Shown one piece after another: positions 19,628-28,772 of a stretch of 64,000 nt of DNA. Source of the DNA: an uncultured Bdellovibrionales bacterium (lineage in GTDB: Bacteria > Patescibacteriota > Minisyncoccia > Moranbacterales > GWC2-37-73); contig CAZCMV010000004.1 in assembly GCA_964500125.1 (NCBI GenBank), positions 7,010 to 71,009 of the forward strand, written 5' to 3'. Every line of letters starts with the position of its first letter. Position 1 is the first letter of the stretch. Below the pieces are notes generated by a model. It searched no databases, was not told where the DNA came from, and was given only the letters and a program-made list of their open reading frames with translations. The position numbers and the translations under genes are program-made.

Positions 19628-20457
19628 TATTCACTTTTTCTATAAGGAGCATCTATGATATTCATAGAATTATACATATCTGAAGTAGCATCAACCTCCA
19701 TCTTCACAACTTCGCCGCTAAGTTCATATGGCCAAGACAACCTGAAGTCACGCTCCTCTCCGGATCGCACAATATCCTTCTCGGTTTTGTTGAGAGCAAT
19801 GATCTTATTTTGAGAATCACGCAGAATTATGGAAACATCAACCTTTCCAAGATCATACATACTATCATTGCGAAGAATTGCATAGGCTATAACGCCAGAA
19901 TTTCCCGATTGCACCGACAGATTTTTACTAAAAACTGCAATCTGTGGCTTATTCGTGTTTTTCAAAGTTTTCCAATTAACATCAAATATGCTCATTTTCG
20001 CCTCTGTTGGTATTATTTGGGAAGGAACTTGAAAGCCCAATTCAACTATTGATCTTTTTTCAGACGGCAAGATATATGAACTGCCTTCTTTTTGAGCAAC
20101 CACGGTGCCGGAAGAGTCCAACAAATCAATACGGTAGGAGAACTTTGGGGAACCCATTTCAGTATTTGGATTTTTCAAAACGAACAAAACATCCCAGTCA
20201 TTATTACCACCGCCAAAAACAACTGCCTTTTCCACAATTTCAAGATCATCTCCTATGGTTTTCTCACAAGGAGTACATAGTCCGCCACAATCAACGCCCT
20301 TTTCATTTTGGTTTTGAATGCCATCAGTACAGGTTTCGGAAGGTCTCAAATAAAACCATATAGCCAGAATTATGGATAGGAAAATAAAAACATAAACTGA
20401 AACAATAATTGATCTTTTTTTTGTTCTAGCTGTCTCCATATTTTTCGATTCTAGCAT
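19624..20457 (-). CDS. Hypothetical membrane-anchored extracytoplasmic protein with a Cys-rich N-proximal segment
   Basis: 277 aa. TM (IIVSVYVFIFLSIILAIWF) then CTDG...CGGLCTPC. Overlaps ftsW by 4 nt. Confidence 0.5.
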   Translation of the reverse strand: MLESKNMETARTKKRSIIVSVYVFIFLSIILAIWFYLRPSETCTDGIQNQNEKGVDCGGLCTPCEKTIGDDLEIVEKAVVFGGGNNDWDVLFVLKNPNTEMGSPKFSYRIDLLDSSGTVVAQKEGSSYILPSEKRSIVELGFQVPSQIIPTEAKMSIFDVNWKTLKNTNKPQIAVFSKNLSVQSGNSGVIAYAILRNDSMYDLGKVDVSIILRDSQNKIIALNKTEKDIVRSGEERDFRLSWPYELSGEVVKMEVDATSDMYNSMNIIDAPYRKSEY

Positions 20458-20581
20458 TAAAATAACAAAAAAACAAATGCGTAGATCAAGATGAAATTCT
20501 CATCATCTGAGTATTTGCAAACATTATAGCCACAAAATTTTTTACATGCAATGTCTCCAAAATATCAATCGCGCAAACTTA

Positions 20582-20612
20582 AATAAAAAAGAAGGCAAAC
20601 AATGTTGCCTTC
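20582..20612 (-). terminator. Intrinsic terminator of the CAP-domain gene
   Basis: Minus strand reads GAAGGCAAC-ATTGTT-TGCCTTC followed by TTTTTTATTT. Confidence 0.7.
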
Positions 20613-20830
20613 TGCAGAATTTTGTCCTTCCAAGAGGACCAAGACATGGACTCATGCCTTTGATTTAATAAAGAATTTTTAATCCTTTTTTGTGATTATT
20701 TTTTATTTAAAGAACAATGACTATTCAAAATCAATAAATTCAAACATAATTAATCCCGACAAAATACGAATAATCTATAAACATAGCCTCACATTCGTAT
20801 TCTTGTAAAAATATCCTTGACTTGCTGGTA

Positions 20831-21595
20831 TTACACCATGATTCCCTCTTCCTGTCTTTTTTTGAAAGCAATCAAAACATCGGCAACTATCGCAATAAAA
20901 AATGCTAACATCGTCAAAAACGTAGCGACGTATCCCGCAAACGTACGGTCAGATGAAACATTTATCGTTGTTTTTTCAGGCTGCAGAGAAAGTACCTGCC
21001 TTGTATTTTCTGACTGATTAACAACCTCCACTGATTTTACTTCACTTATTTCAAGTTGTTGTCTTTTATTAGTTGCAGCTACCGCAGCAGAACCATCGGC
21101 CAATTTTCCGAACATTTGCACTACAATCAAAGAATCATGACCATCTATTTTAGCTACTGCCATAGCGACACCAATATCTTCATATTTTGGGTTTAAGATA
21201 TTTTTGCGATGAGTTGGACTGTTCATCCAAGCTTTTTCTTGATCCTCGGCATTTTTATAGTTAATTGCAAGATTCTCACCAGCATACAAATAATTGTAGC
21301 CTGCACTGTCGAACCAGTGCCATGGTTCAATGCCTTTTGGCGAAGTATGAGCAAAATAACCATTATCTACCATATCAGCAACTTTTTTTTGAGCAGCTTC
21401 AGTCAAAACATCATTTTCTTGCAACAAGGGAATGTCTTGTTCGGCCCTATCCTTATTTGCCAAGTCAATAACCAAACTTGATGTTATTTGGCTTGCCATA
21501 GCCTTGCTGGCTGCAATTTGCATCAAAAACACCGCCAACAAGGCAAAAAAAGTGATTCTTACAAATTTATTAGCTTTTTGTTTTTTTAGAGGCAT
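20831..21595 (-). CDS. CAP/SCP/PR-1 domain protein (YkwD-like) with signal peptide and C-terminal TM anchor
   Basis: GYFAHTSPKGIEPWHWF...GENLA...AWMNSPTHRKNIL...YEDIGVA matches CAP-domain motifs. C-terminal TM FAGYVATFLTMLAFFIAIV. Confidence 0.75.
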   Translation of the reverse strand: MPLKKQKANKFVRITFFALLAVFLMQIAASKAMASQITSSLVIDLANKDRAEQDIPLLQENDVLTEAAQKKVADMVDNGYFAHTSPKGIEPWHWFDSAGYNYLYAGENLAINYKNAEDQEKAWMNSPTHRKNILNPKYEDIGVAMAVAKIDGHDSLIVVQMFGKLADGSAAVAATNKRQQLEISEVKSVEVVNQSENTRQVLSLQPEKTTINVSSDRTFAGYVATFLTMLAFFIAIVADVLIAFKKRQEEGIMV

Positions 21596-21902
21596 CTTTT
21601 TGTATTTATTCCAGACATTTGAGTCTTTCCAAAAAAGAAAGAGGGCGTTTCACCCTCGGCAAAACCCCTCTTTTTTTGCTTTTCTAATACCATTATACTA
21701 CAAAAAACATCATTAGTCAACCATTATAACTCAGCCAAAATTAAACAATTACAGATATCCCGGATGATTTGAATATATTTTTCCCCATTTGACTCAAACA
21801 CCCCTTGGGTATTAAATAAAAATATACCAAACAGAAGGAGGTGAAATTCGTTCTTTCTCAACCCATTTACGATCTTCTTAAACTGTGGCCAGGAGGAAGA
21901 AA

Positions 21903-22385
21903 ATGAAAAAAGAGACGATCCTCAAAAAAAAACAAGCTCGAGTCTTGCGACGTGAGCAATTGCCAAGCAAAGAGACGGAGGAAAAAATTCTTTTACTCCA
22001 AGAAAAAATGGAAAAGAAGCGCAAAGACCAGGAAAGGAGAAGGATAAGAAGAAAGAAGCAATTTCTACAAAAACAGGAAGATATAAATAGCGCTAGGGAA
22101 AAAATTTCCGAGTCGGAAGACCGCAAAGAAAACTCGCCTGTCGAAAATGATTTGCCCATTGATGAACCACCAGAGAAACCTTCAGAGGAAACATCAGAGC
22201 ATTTTGTAATGAGGCCACACTCTCGCAAATTCTTGCGAGAAAAAGACGAGCAGCTGAATCCTTGCAAAGGAATGATGGCAACCGTACAAGAAAAATACAA
22301 GACTCTAACTGCTAAACTTCCCACCAGTTTTGAAGAAAAACGACTTCTCTTAAGACAGTGGCGAGGATTGAGTGAATCCCAATAA
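21903..22385 (+). CDS. Hypothetical highly charged (K/R/E-rich) low-complexity protein
   Basis: GGAGG lies 6 nt upstream of ATG 21903; the ORF track's ATG at 21885 lacks an SD. One of very few plus-strand genes. Followed by a terminator. Confidence 0.5.
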   Translation: MKKETILKKKQARVLRREQLPSKETEEKILLLQEKMEKKRKDQERRRIRRKKQFLQKQEDINSAREKISESEDRKENSPVENDLPIDEPPEKPSEETSEHFVMRPHSRKFLREKDEQLNPCKGMMATVQEKYKTLTAKLPTSFEEKRLLLRQWRGLSESQ

Positions 22386-22401
22386 CACGCCAATCTACAA
22401 A

Positions 22402-22443
22402 ACCCGCCAAGCAAACATCGCTTGACGGGTCTTCTTTTTTTGT
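22402..22443. terminator. Bidirectional terminator between the converging 21903-22385 gene and uppP
   Basis: CCCGCCAAGC-AAACATC-GCTTGACGGG followed by TCTTCTTTTTTTTG. Confidence 0.65.
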
Positions 22444-22454
22444 TCTGCAAAAAT

Positions 22455-23273
22455 CTATCTTGCAAAGTACATGATCAAAATAATGGCAGCCAAAATAAGG
22501 CGATACCAGAAGAATGGTGCATAGCCGACTTTCTGGATGAATCGCAGCATGAATTTAATCGCCAAATAACCACTGATTGCCGCAGCCAAAATACCAAAAA
22601 TCATAGCGCCACTAATTCCATCTCTAAATAATTCTGGCAATTTTACCAATGCTGCACCGAATATTATCGGCGTGGAAAGTAAAAAAGAAAATCTGGCCGC
22701 AGTCTCGCGTGAAAGACCAAGTGCAAGCCCCATAGTCATTGTCGCACCACTTCTGGACACTCCGGGAATAACAGCACTTGCTTGCGAAAGCCCAATCAAC
22801 AAAGAATCTCTATAATTTATTTGTCCGATGGTTTTTTTGTGAACCGCATAGCGATCAACAAGATACAAAACCAAGCCGACGATACTCAAAGTGCCAGCAA
22901 TTATGAGTGGACTACGAAGTGTCGTCTCAGCTGCGTCTTCCAAAAGATAACCGATCACCGCCCCCGGCACTGATGCCACCACCAAAAGCCACAGCAAACT
23001 TTTCGGATAGCCCAAACTATCAGTCTTATTCGTCCTATTAGTCCTATCCGAAATTCTACCAAATGCTGCTGCAAAAATTTCCACCCAATCACGCCAAAAG
23101 TAAGCAATGACAGCTACCAGCGTTCCGAGATGCAGTGCCACATCAAAAGAAAGCCCCGGATCCTGCCAACCCGTAAAATATGGCACCAAAACCAAATGTG
23201 CCGTCGATGAAATCGGCAAAAATTCCCCCAACCCCTGCACTATTCCCAAAACAATTGCTTGCAAAATATCCAT
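22455..23273 (-). CDS. uppP: Undecaprenyl-diphosphatase (BacA/UppP)
   Basis: N-terminus LGIVQGLGEFLPISSTAHL; GLSRE...FLLSTP. 272 aa, polytopic. Confidence 0.9.
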   Translation of the reverse strand: MDILQAIVLGIVQGLGEFLPISSTAHLVLVPYFTGWQDPGLSFDVALHLGTLVAVIAYFWRDWVEIFAAAFGRISDRTNRTNKTDSLGYPKSLLWLLVVASVPGAVIGYLLEDAAETTLRSPLIIAGTLSIVGLVLYLVDRYAVHKKTIGQINYRDSLLIGLSQASAVIPGVSRSGATMTMGLALGLSRETAARFSFLLSTPIIFGAALVKLPELFRDGISGAMIFGILAAAISGYLAIKFMLRFIQKVGYAPFFWYRLILAAIILIMYFAR

Positions 23274-23315
23274 AAAAAAATAAATTAGATTGTTATATGT
23301 TTTATGTTACATGAT

Positions 23316-24065
23316 TTATAGTTTCTTTCCAATTAAAATAATATTTCTTTCGCCGACAACTTCACATTTTTCAATCTCAAATCCCGCACTTTCAAAAAGT
23401 TTTTTTAGTTCCCTTCTTGTAAACGCGTGATGAAATCGCTGAAACACTTTCCCTTGATTGTCAGTAAACGAAATCATGCAATCATTCACTTCTAATTCAC
23501 TCCCGCCTTTTATCTTTTTAATCCAGTTTTTTAGAATGTTTTTGAAATATTTTTTTTGCCATAAATACCAAACCGTAATTACCACATGTCCACTTGGCTT
23601 CGTAACTCGATAAAGTTCCTTTGCCATTTTTTCGCGATATTCTTTTGACGGAAAATGATGAAAAACGGCAATAGAGCATATAGTATTAAAAAATCCGGAT
23701 TCGAATGGTATAGCATTTTGAACGGGATTAAGCTTGGAAAATTTAATATTTTCACCAACATATTTATTTTTCGCAATATCTATGAGTTTTGCAGAAACAT
23801 CTGCGCCATAATATTCCAAATTTTTCACGTCTCCAATAAGTTCCAGCAGTCTGCCGTTGCCGCAACCGAAATCAAAAACTGTGTCGCCCTCTCGCACATA
23901 GTCTTTCAGGAATTCCAACCCACGCCAAAAATGTTTTCGCGTTTGGGAAAACTTTTGGGCAATGCTGTCATAACCAACCTCCGTATCGTGTAAAATTTTT
24001 TCCGTAATTTTCTTTTTCATATCACAATAAATATAACACGTATGAAACATAAACCGAAGGCTCAA
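23316..24065 (-). CDS. Class I SAM-dependent methyltransferase
   Basis: Motif I VFDFGCGNGRLLE. The internal start MKKKITEK (at 24020) is also possible. Confidence 0.7.
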   Translation of the reverse strand: MSLRFMFHTCYIYCDMKKKITEKILHDTEVGYDSIAQKFSQTRKHFWRGLEFLKDYVREGDTVFDFGCGNGRLLELIGDVKNLEYYGADVSAKLIDIAKNKYVGENIKFSKLNPVQNAIPFESGFFNTICSIAVFHHFPSKEYREKMAKELYRVTKPSGHVVITVWYLWQKKYFKNILKNWIKKIKGGSELEVNDCMISFTDNQGKVFQRFHHAFTRRELKKLFESAGFEIEKCEVVGERNIILIGKKL

Positions 24066-24083
24066 CCTTCGGTTTATGTGTTT
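24044..24083 (-). terminator. Perfect hairpin downstream of the 24123-25025 gene
   Basis: AAACATAAACCGAAGG-CTCAA-CCTTCGGTTTATGTGTTT. A second hairpin CCGAAG-ATTTGC-CCTTCGG sits at 24084-24105. Confidence 0.55.
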
Positions 24084-24122
24084 CCGAAGATTTGCCCTTC
24101 GGAATATTTTCAGAAAGCCTCC

Positions 24123-25025
24123 CTATTCCACAACCTCAACACAAAGTATTGGATTGGAAACACAACAAGAAGGATTGTTACAATCGTCATAAATCGTTCC
24201 TCCTGATAAACCTCTTTCATTTAACTTTACAATTCCAGTTCTAGCTCCATGACCGTTCGTTTTATAAGCACCACTTGGTTCAGGCACACAACTATGAGTC
24301 ACACTAGGAATACCACTACCCACCCTATTTATATATGGTCCAGTATCACTAGTCCAGTTAGAACAATTATCAAGTCCATTGCTCCATACACGATCCGAAC
24401 AACGGCTAGCATTAGGTATAACACCAAAATATTCAACTCCAGGAACACCCCAAGACGCTGCCGTAACTGCCGCATATTTCCTTCCATCAATTCTATTGGC
24501 ATCCTTATTGCATTTATCAGACATTCCTTCAGCACCACCCATTTTGCCATTATATGTTGCTGCAGAGATGAAGAAATGTTTTTTTCCAGGTTCCCATGTA
24601 TCGACGCATTTCCAAGCTCCGTCTTTCTTTTTCAGATATTGCCCATCCTTGCAATCAGGCAAGCTACCTCCGCTGATCTGACTTATCCATTTTCCAGTAC
24701 TGCGGACGTATACATCATTAACATCCACATTTCCCGTCTTGTCATTTGGAGCGGGTGTTTTGGGCGAAAGAGTGCCGATACCCATATTGCCGAATTGTAT
24801 CAACAAACCATTCTTTGCACCTGCCGTGTTCAACAAAAGTCCGCCTTCTTTGGCCTGGCCCATTGTGCCCGTATTAAGCGGTGCTCCTAAATTGTCATCC
24901 GGGGGAGTAAACGAGGGTTCAGTCCACGCGCTGACAAACTGCAATGATAAACCAATTATTGTCCCTAATAAAATAGTTTTTCCCCAATAGGCAATTTTTT
25001 TTACATTTTTCATTTTATTGATCAT
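24123..25025 (-). CDS. Secreted cysteine-rich hypothetical protein (signal peptide; 14 Cys); locally elevated GC
   Basis: 300 aa. N-terminal KKIAYWGKTILLGTIIGLSLQFVSA. Many Cys in the C-terminal half (DDCNNPSCCVSNPILC). Confidence 0.5.
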   Translation of the reverse strand: MINKMKNVKKIAYWGKTILLGTIIGLSLQFVSAWTEPSFTPPDDNLGAPLNTGTMGQAKEGGLLLNTAGAKNGLLIQFGNMGIGTLSPKTPAPNDKTGNVDVNDVYVRSTGKWISQISGGSLPDCKDGQYLKKKDGAWKCVDTWEPGKKHFFISAATYNGKMGGAEGMSDKCNKDANRIDGRKYAAVTAASWGVPGVEYFGVIPNASRCSDRVWSNGLDNCSNWTSDTGPYINRVGSGIPSVTHSCVPEPSGAYKTNGHGARTGIVKLNERGLSGGTIYDDCNNPSCCVSNPILCVEVVE

Positions 25026-25036
25026 TATTCCCCTAA

Positions 25037-25357
25037 TTAATTAGCTGAAATAGAATCCAAAACTTCCTTTTTGGGAGCGCTTTTTTCTTTCACCGGAGGT
25101 GCGGTAACAGATTGAACAACATCTTCAGGCACCGGAGAAAAATTTTCTTTTTCTTCACTCGTCTCTTTTGCAGGAACGGTTATTGATTCTATTGCCTCTT
25201 CGCGAGTTATTTCTTCATTCACATTATTTTGAACCGTACTTTCATTATCCTCTTTGTTCAAAAAAAAGAAAACAACCATGAAAGTTGCTCCAAAGACGAT
25301 TGCAAGTATTGCTAACAATAATATTAATTTTCTATTTTTGTTTATAATACTTTCCAT
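25037..25357 (-). CDS. Small membrane-anchored protein (106 aa) with an acidic/proline-rich tail
   Basis: TM LILLLAILAIVFGATFMVVFFFL. Ends 11 nt before the downstream gene's start. Confidence 0.45.
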   Translation of the reverse strand: MESIINKNRKLILLLAILAIVFGATFMVVFFFLNKEDNESTVQNNVNEEITREEAIESITVPAKETSEEKENFSPVPEDVVQSVTAPPVKEKSAPKKEVLDSISAN

Positions 25358-25501
25358 TTTTGTTTTTTATTTTTTATAAAGTCACTTTAATTCCATTTTA
25401 CCCCCACTTGGTCTTATGTCAAATGGTTAATTCGGCTGAAATCCAAGATTAATCCCTTGGGAGTCTTGCTTATTATCACATGAAGTATTAGGCTTGAGTA
25501 T

Positions 25502-27106
25502 ATGGAAAATTTATATGACAACTATATTATCTCTGCAATCAACGAGATTCCTGCAACCCAAGAAGAATTTTTGCAACTTAAAAAAGCTCTTTCCAAAAGA
25601 TATAAGCTGCCAATTCCTACTAATGCCGACCTCCGAGACAGATATAACGCCTTGGTGACGGAGAAAAAAATAGAACCAAACACTGCTTTTGAAAAAATCT
25701 TGCGCACACGTGGCATCAGAACACAATCCGGCGTAGCGGTCGTGGCGGTACTCACTAAATCATATCCCTGCCCGGGAAATTGTCTTTATTGTCCCACGGA
25801 AAAAGACATGCCCAAAAGTTATCTTTCCAATGAACCGGCAGTGATGCGTGCCATTGATGCTAAATTTGATCCCTACAGGCAAGTGCAAAACCGCTTGCGT
25901 TCACTTGAACTAAACGGCCATGCAACTGACAAAATCGAGCTCATTGTAATGGGCGGCACTTTTTCCTATTTGCCGAAAGCATACCAGAAAAAATTCATCA
26001 CGGAGTGTTTTAGAGCAGCAAATGATTACGGAATCGTTCATAATGTTCGTAAAGTTCATAACGTAAAACAAACAGCTGATGAAAAATTGCAATTCGAGCA
26101 AAAAAGAAATGAGAAAACAAAGCACAGAATTGTGGGACTCACTTTGGAAACACGCCCAGACTATATCGACGAAAAAGAAATCATCAATTTTAGATATTTA
26201 GGTTGCACCCGCGTGGAATTGGGTGTTCAGAACCTAAATGATGACATTTTGAGGCTTAATCGCCGCGGACATCTTGTCCAAAGCACCATTAAAGCTACAA
26301 AAATGCTCAAAGATGCCGGTTTCAAGATTAACTATCACATGATGCCGGGTCTTCTTGGAAGCACCTTGGGGCGCGATTTTGACATGTTTAAAGAGCTTTT
26401 TACAAGCCCGGATTTCCAGCCTGATATGCTCAAAATTTATCCGACTGTGGTTTTGAAAGATAGCGATCTATACGACTTATGGAAGGAAGGAAAATACAAA
26501 CCACTTTCTGACAAGCAATTTGAAAAACTTGCATTGAAAATAAAAAATGAAGCAATCCCGCCATATGTGCGCATTGCCAGACTTGTGCGCGATGTGCCCA
26601 CAAACTCCATTGAAGCCGGCCCCATTGTTTCCAATTTGCGACAAATAATCGCGCATCGTTCCCAGTGCCCTTGCATCCGCTGTCGCGAGGTTCGCGAAGA
26701 TTACGAAATTCGTGAAAAAATTATTTTAGATCGTATAGATTACAACGCTTCCGACGGTAAGGAGATATTTTTGCAATATGTCTCGCCGGATAAGAAAAAG
26801 TTATTTGCATTGTTGAGATTGCGTATATCAACTGGGAATTCGACTCCCATTATACCTGTTCTCCAAAACGCCGCAATCATCCGTGAAGTGCACACCTACG
26901 GTAAACTTGCCAAAATAGGTTTGTCCGACAAAAATTCGCCTCAACATATCGGCCTTGGCAAAAAACTACTCAAAGAAGCCGAGCGCATCGTTAAAGAAGA
27001 ATTCGGCTTCAAAAAAATTGTAGTAATTTCCGGAGTCGGCGTACGGGATTATTATCGAAAGAATGGATACAAACTTAGAGATACGTACATGTACAAAAGT
27101 TTATAA
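25502..27106 (+). CDS. elp3: Elp3-family radical-SAM/GNAT tRNA-modification enzyme (tRNA uridine-34 carboxymethyl-synthase homolog)
   Basis: CPGNCLYC (the CX4CX2C cluster of Elp3-type radical SAM). Central radical-SAM barrel motifs. C-terminal GNAT-like block (RNGYKL). Confidence 0.8.
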   Translation: MENLYDNYIISAINEIPATQEEFLQLKKALSKRYKLPIPTNADLRDRYNALVTEKKIEPNTAFEKILRTRGIRTQSGVAVVAVLTKSYPCPGNCLYCPTEKDMPKSYLSNEPAVMRAIDAKFDPYRQVQNRLRSLELNGHATDKIELIVMGGTFSYLPKAYQKKFITECFRAANDYGIVHNVRKVHNVKQTADEKLQFEQKRNEKTKHRIVGLTLETRPDYIDEKEIINFRYLGCTRVELGVQNLNDDILRLNRRGHLVQSTIKATKMLKDAGFKINYHMMPGLLGSTLGRDFDMFKELFTSPDFQPDMLKIYPTVVLKDSDLYDLWKEGKYKPLSDKQFEKLALKIKNEAIPPYVRIARLVRDVPTNSIEAGPIVSNLRQIIAHRSQCPCIRCREVREDYEIREKIILDRIDYNASDGKEIFLQYVSPDKKKLFALLRLRISTGNSTPIIPVLQNAAIIREVHTYGKLAKIGLSDKNSPQHIGLGKKLLKEAERIVKEEFGFKKIVVISGVGVRDYYRKNGYKLRDTYMYKSL

Positions 27107-27155
27107 AGTTAGAAAGTTCATAACGTTTATAAAGTAATTCGTTATCCATAATCAT

Positions 27156-27551
27156 ATGAACAAAATCATCATCGCCTCTGGGCCTGTTATTGTTGAAGAC
27201 AACAAAGTTCTTCTTGATATTTCCGGAGAAGATAATTTTTGGAAGTTTTGCGGCGGACGCGTTCGTGAAGATGAAACACTAGTGCAAACAACAGCACGAA
27301 GAGCAAACGAGGAACTCGGAATTAACATTGAAATCACAGACAATGAACCACTTTTGCTTTATACAAAAAAGAAAAAAGATAATAATACTTCTGATGTTAT
27401 TCTTGCTCATTTTCTGGCCAAACGCATCGGTGAAATTATGCCTGGCGAAGATATTCGCGAGTGGAAATGGATTGCACTTGAAGAATTATCCAGTGAAAAC
27501 CTAGCACCTAACATCATCCCCACACTCAAACACTTCGGATTTATTAACTAG
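27156..27551 (+). CDS. NUDIX-family hydrolase
   Basis: GGRVREDETLVQTTARRANEELGI approximates the Nudix box GX5EX7REUXEEXGU, one residue short. Confidence 0.55.
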   Translation: MNKIIIASGPVIVEDNKVLLDISGEDNFWKFCGGRVREDETLVQTTARRANEELGINIEITDNEPLLLYTKKKKDNNTSDVILAHFLAKRIGEIMPGEDIREWKWIALEELSSENLAPNIIPTLKHFGFIN

Positions 27552-27631
27552 CTTTCGAATTAAAAACAGGAGTAGGTTTAAAACCTGCTCCTTTTAATTT
27601 CCACGCTAAAATATTTTGCCAGCTAACTGTC

Positions 27632-27676
27632 CACAAAAAAAACTTACTTCCATATATTAAAATATGGAAGTAAGCA
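27632..27676. terminator. Perfect 13-bp palindrome acting as a bidirectional terminator (convergent nudix and rlmN)
   Basis: AAAAAAAA-CTTACTTCCATAT-ATTAAA-ATATGGAAGTAAG. T-run on the minus side. Confidence 0.65.
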
Positions 27677-27718
27677 AAGGAGTTCTATACTAAATACTAA
27701 AATACAAGATACTAAATA

Positions 27719-28771
27719 CTATTTTCCAGCCAATTGTCCGCACGCTCCCTTGATCTCATCGCCAAGTGATTTGCGTATTGTGGCATGAATGCCAAGCTTT
27801 TCAAGTCCATTCTTGAATCGCGTAGTATTATCTCTCGTAGAAGGTTTCAGATCCTCGGAAGTCGTGTTGTAGCGAATAAGATTAACATGTAGCAAATGCT
27901 TATTTCCAATCGATTTAATATATTCCGCAAGCTGTCTTACGTCCAATGCCCCGTCATTGATACCATCAAGCATGATATATTCCAAAAAAACTTTTCTTTT
28001 GGTGATTTGAAAATATTCTTGCAAAGCTTTTTTCAGTGCGGACATATCATCTTTCAAATTCGCCGGCATGAAGCGGCTGCGTTTTTCATCATTGGCAAAA
28101 TGAAGTGATAGTGCCAAATTCACTTGGGGAAATTCTTTGGCCATACGCACAATCCCCTCAGCAATTCCAGAAGTGGAAACGGAAAGACTGCGCGAACCGA
28201 AACCGAACAAATCTTTGTCCGTAAGAATTTTGATGCTTTCGGAAACATTTTGCCAATTATTGAACGGTTCCCCCATGCCCATATAGACGATGTTTCCTAC
28301 GGAAATATTGGAATTTTGAATTTTGAATTTTGAATTTTGAAAATTATTTTTTAAATACTGTTTCCAAAATAATATTTGGTCGGTTATTTCTTCGGCGGTT
28401 AAATTTCGTTTGAAGCCCATTTTTCCTGTGGCGCAAAATTTGCAACCCATCTGGCAACCGACTTGGCACGAAATGCATGCCGACCATGTACCAGGTTTGG
28501 GCGAAATCAAAACTGTTTCAATCGGGCTGCCATCGTGCAATTTCAACAATGCTTTAATAGATTGTCCATCTCTGGCTTCCAAAACTTGCTCTACCTCGAA
28601 AGAGAGGGTGTTTAAATTATTTTCCAATATTCCCCGCAAATCCTTGGGAATTGTAGTTATTTCCGAAAACGACAAAACGCCATCTTGAAAGACGGCTTTT
28701 CTTATTTGCGCCAAGCGAAATTTCGGCAAATTATTTCCAGCCAAAAATTCTTCCAACTTTTTTATATCCAT
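27719..28771 (-). CDS. rlmN: 23S rRNA (adenine2503-C2)-methyltransferase RlmN (radical SAM) with a low-complexity insertion
   Basis: CISCQVGCQMGCKFCATG and GMGEP motifs. Insertion FQNSKFKIQNSNIS encoded by (GAATTTT)x4 at 28311-28338. Confidence 0.9.
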   Translation of the reverse strand: MDIKKLEEFLAGNNLPKFRLAQIRKAVFQDGVLSFSEITTIPKDLRGILENNLNTLSFEVEQVLEARDGQSIKALLKLHDGSPIETVLISPKPGTWSACISCQVGCQMGCKFCATGKMGFKRNLTAEEITDQILFWKQYLKNNFQNSKFKIQNSNISVGNIVYMGMGEPFNNWQNVSESIKILTDKDLFGFGSRSLSVSTSGIAEGIVRMAKEFPQVNLALSLHFANDEKRSRFMPANLKDDMSALKKALQEYFQITKRKVFLEYIMLDGINDGALDVRQLAEYIKSIGNKHLLHVNLIRYNTTSEDLKPSTRDNTTRFKNGLEKLGIHATIRKSLGDEIKGACGQLAGK

Positions 28772-28772
28772 A

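Noticed and set aside
21878-22465. 195-aa minus-strand ORF
   Set aside because: Antisense shadow of the K/R/E-rich plus-strand gene. It gives a Cys/Ser/Phe-rich nonsense composition and has no SD. uppP ends just upstream.
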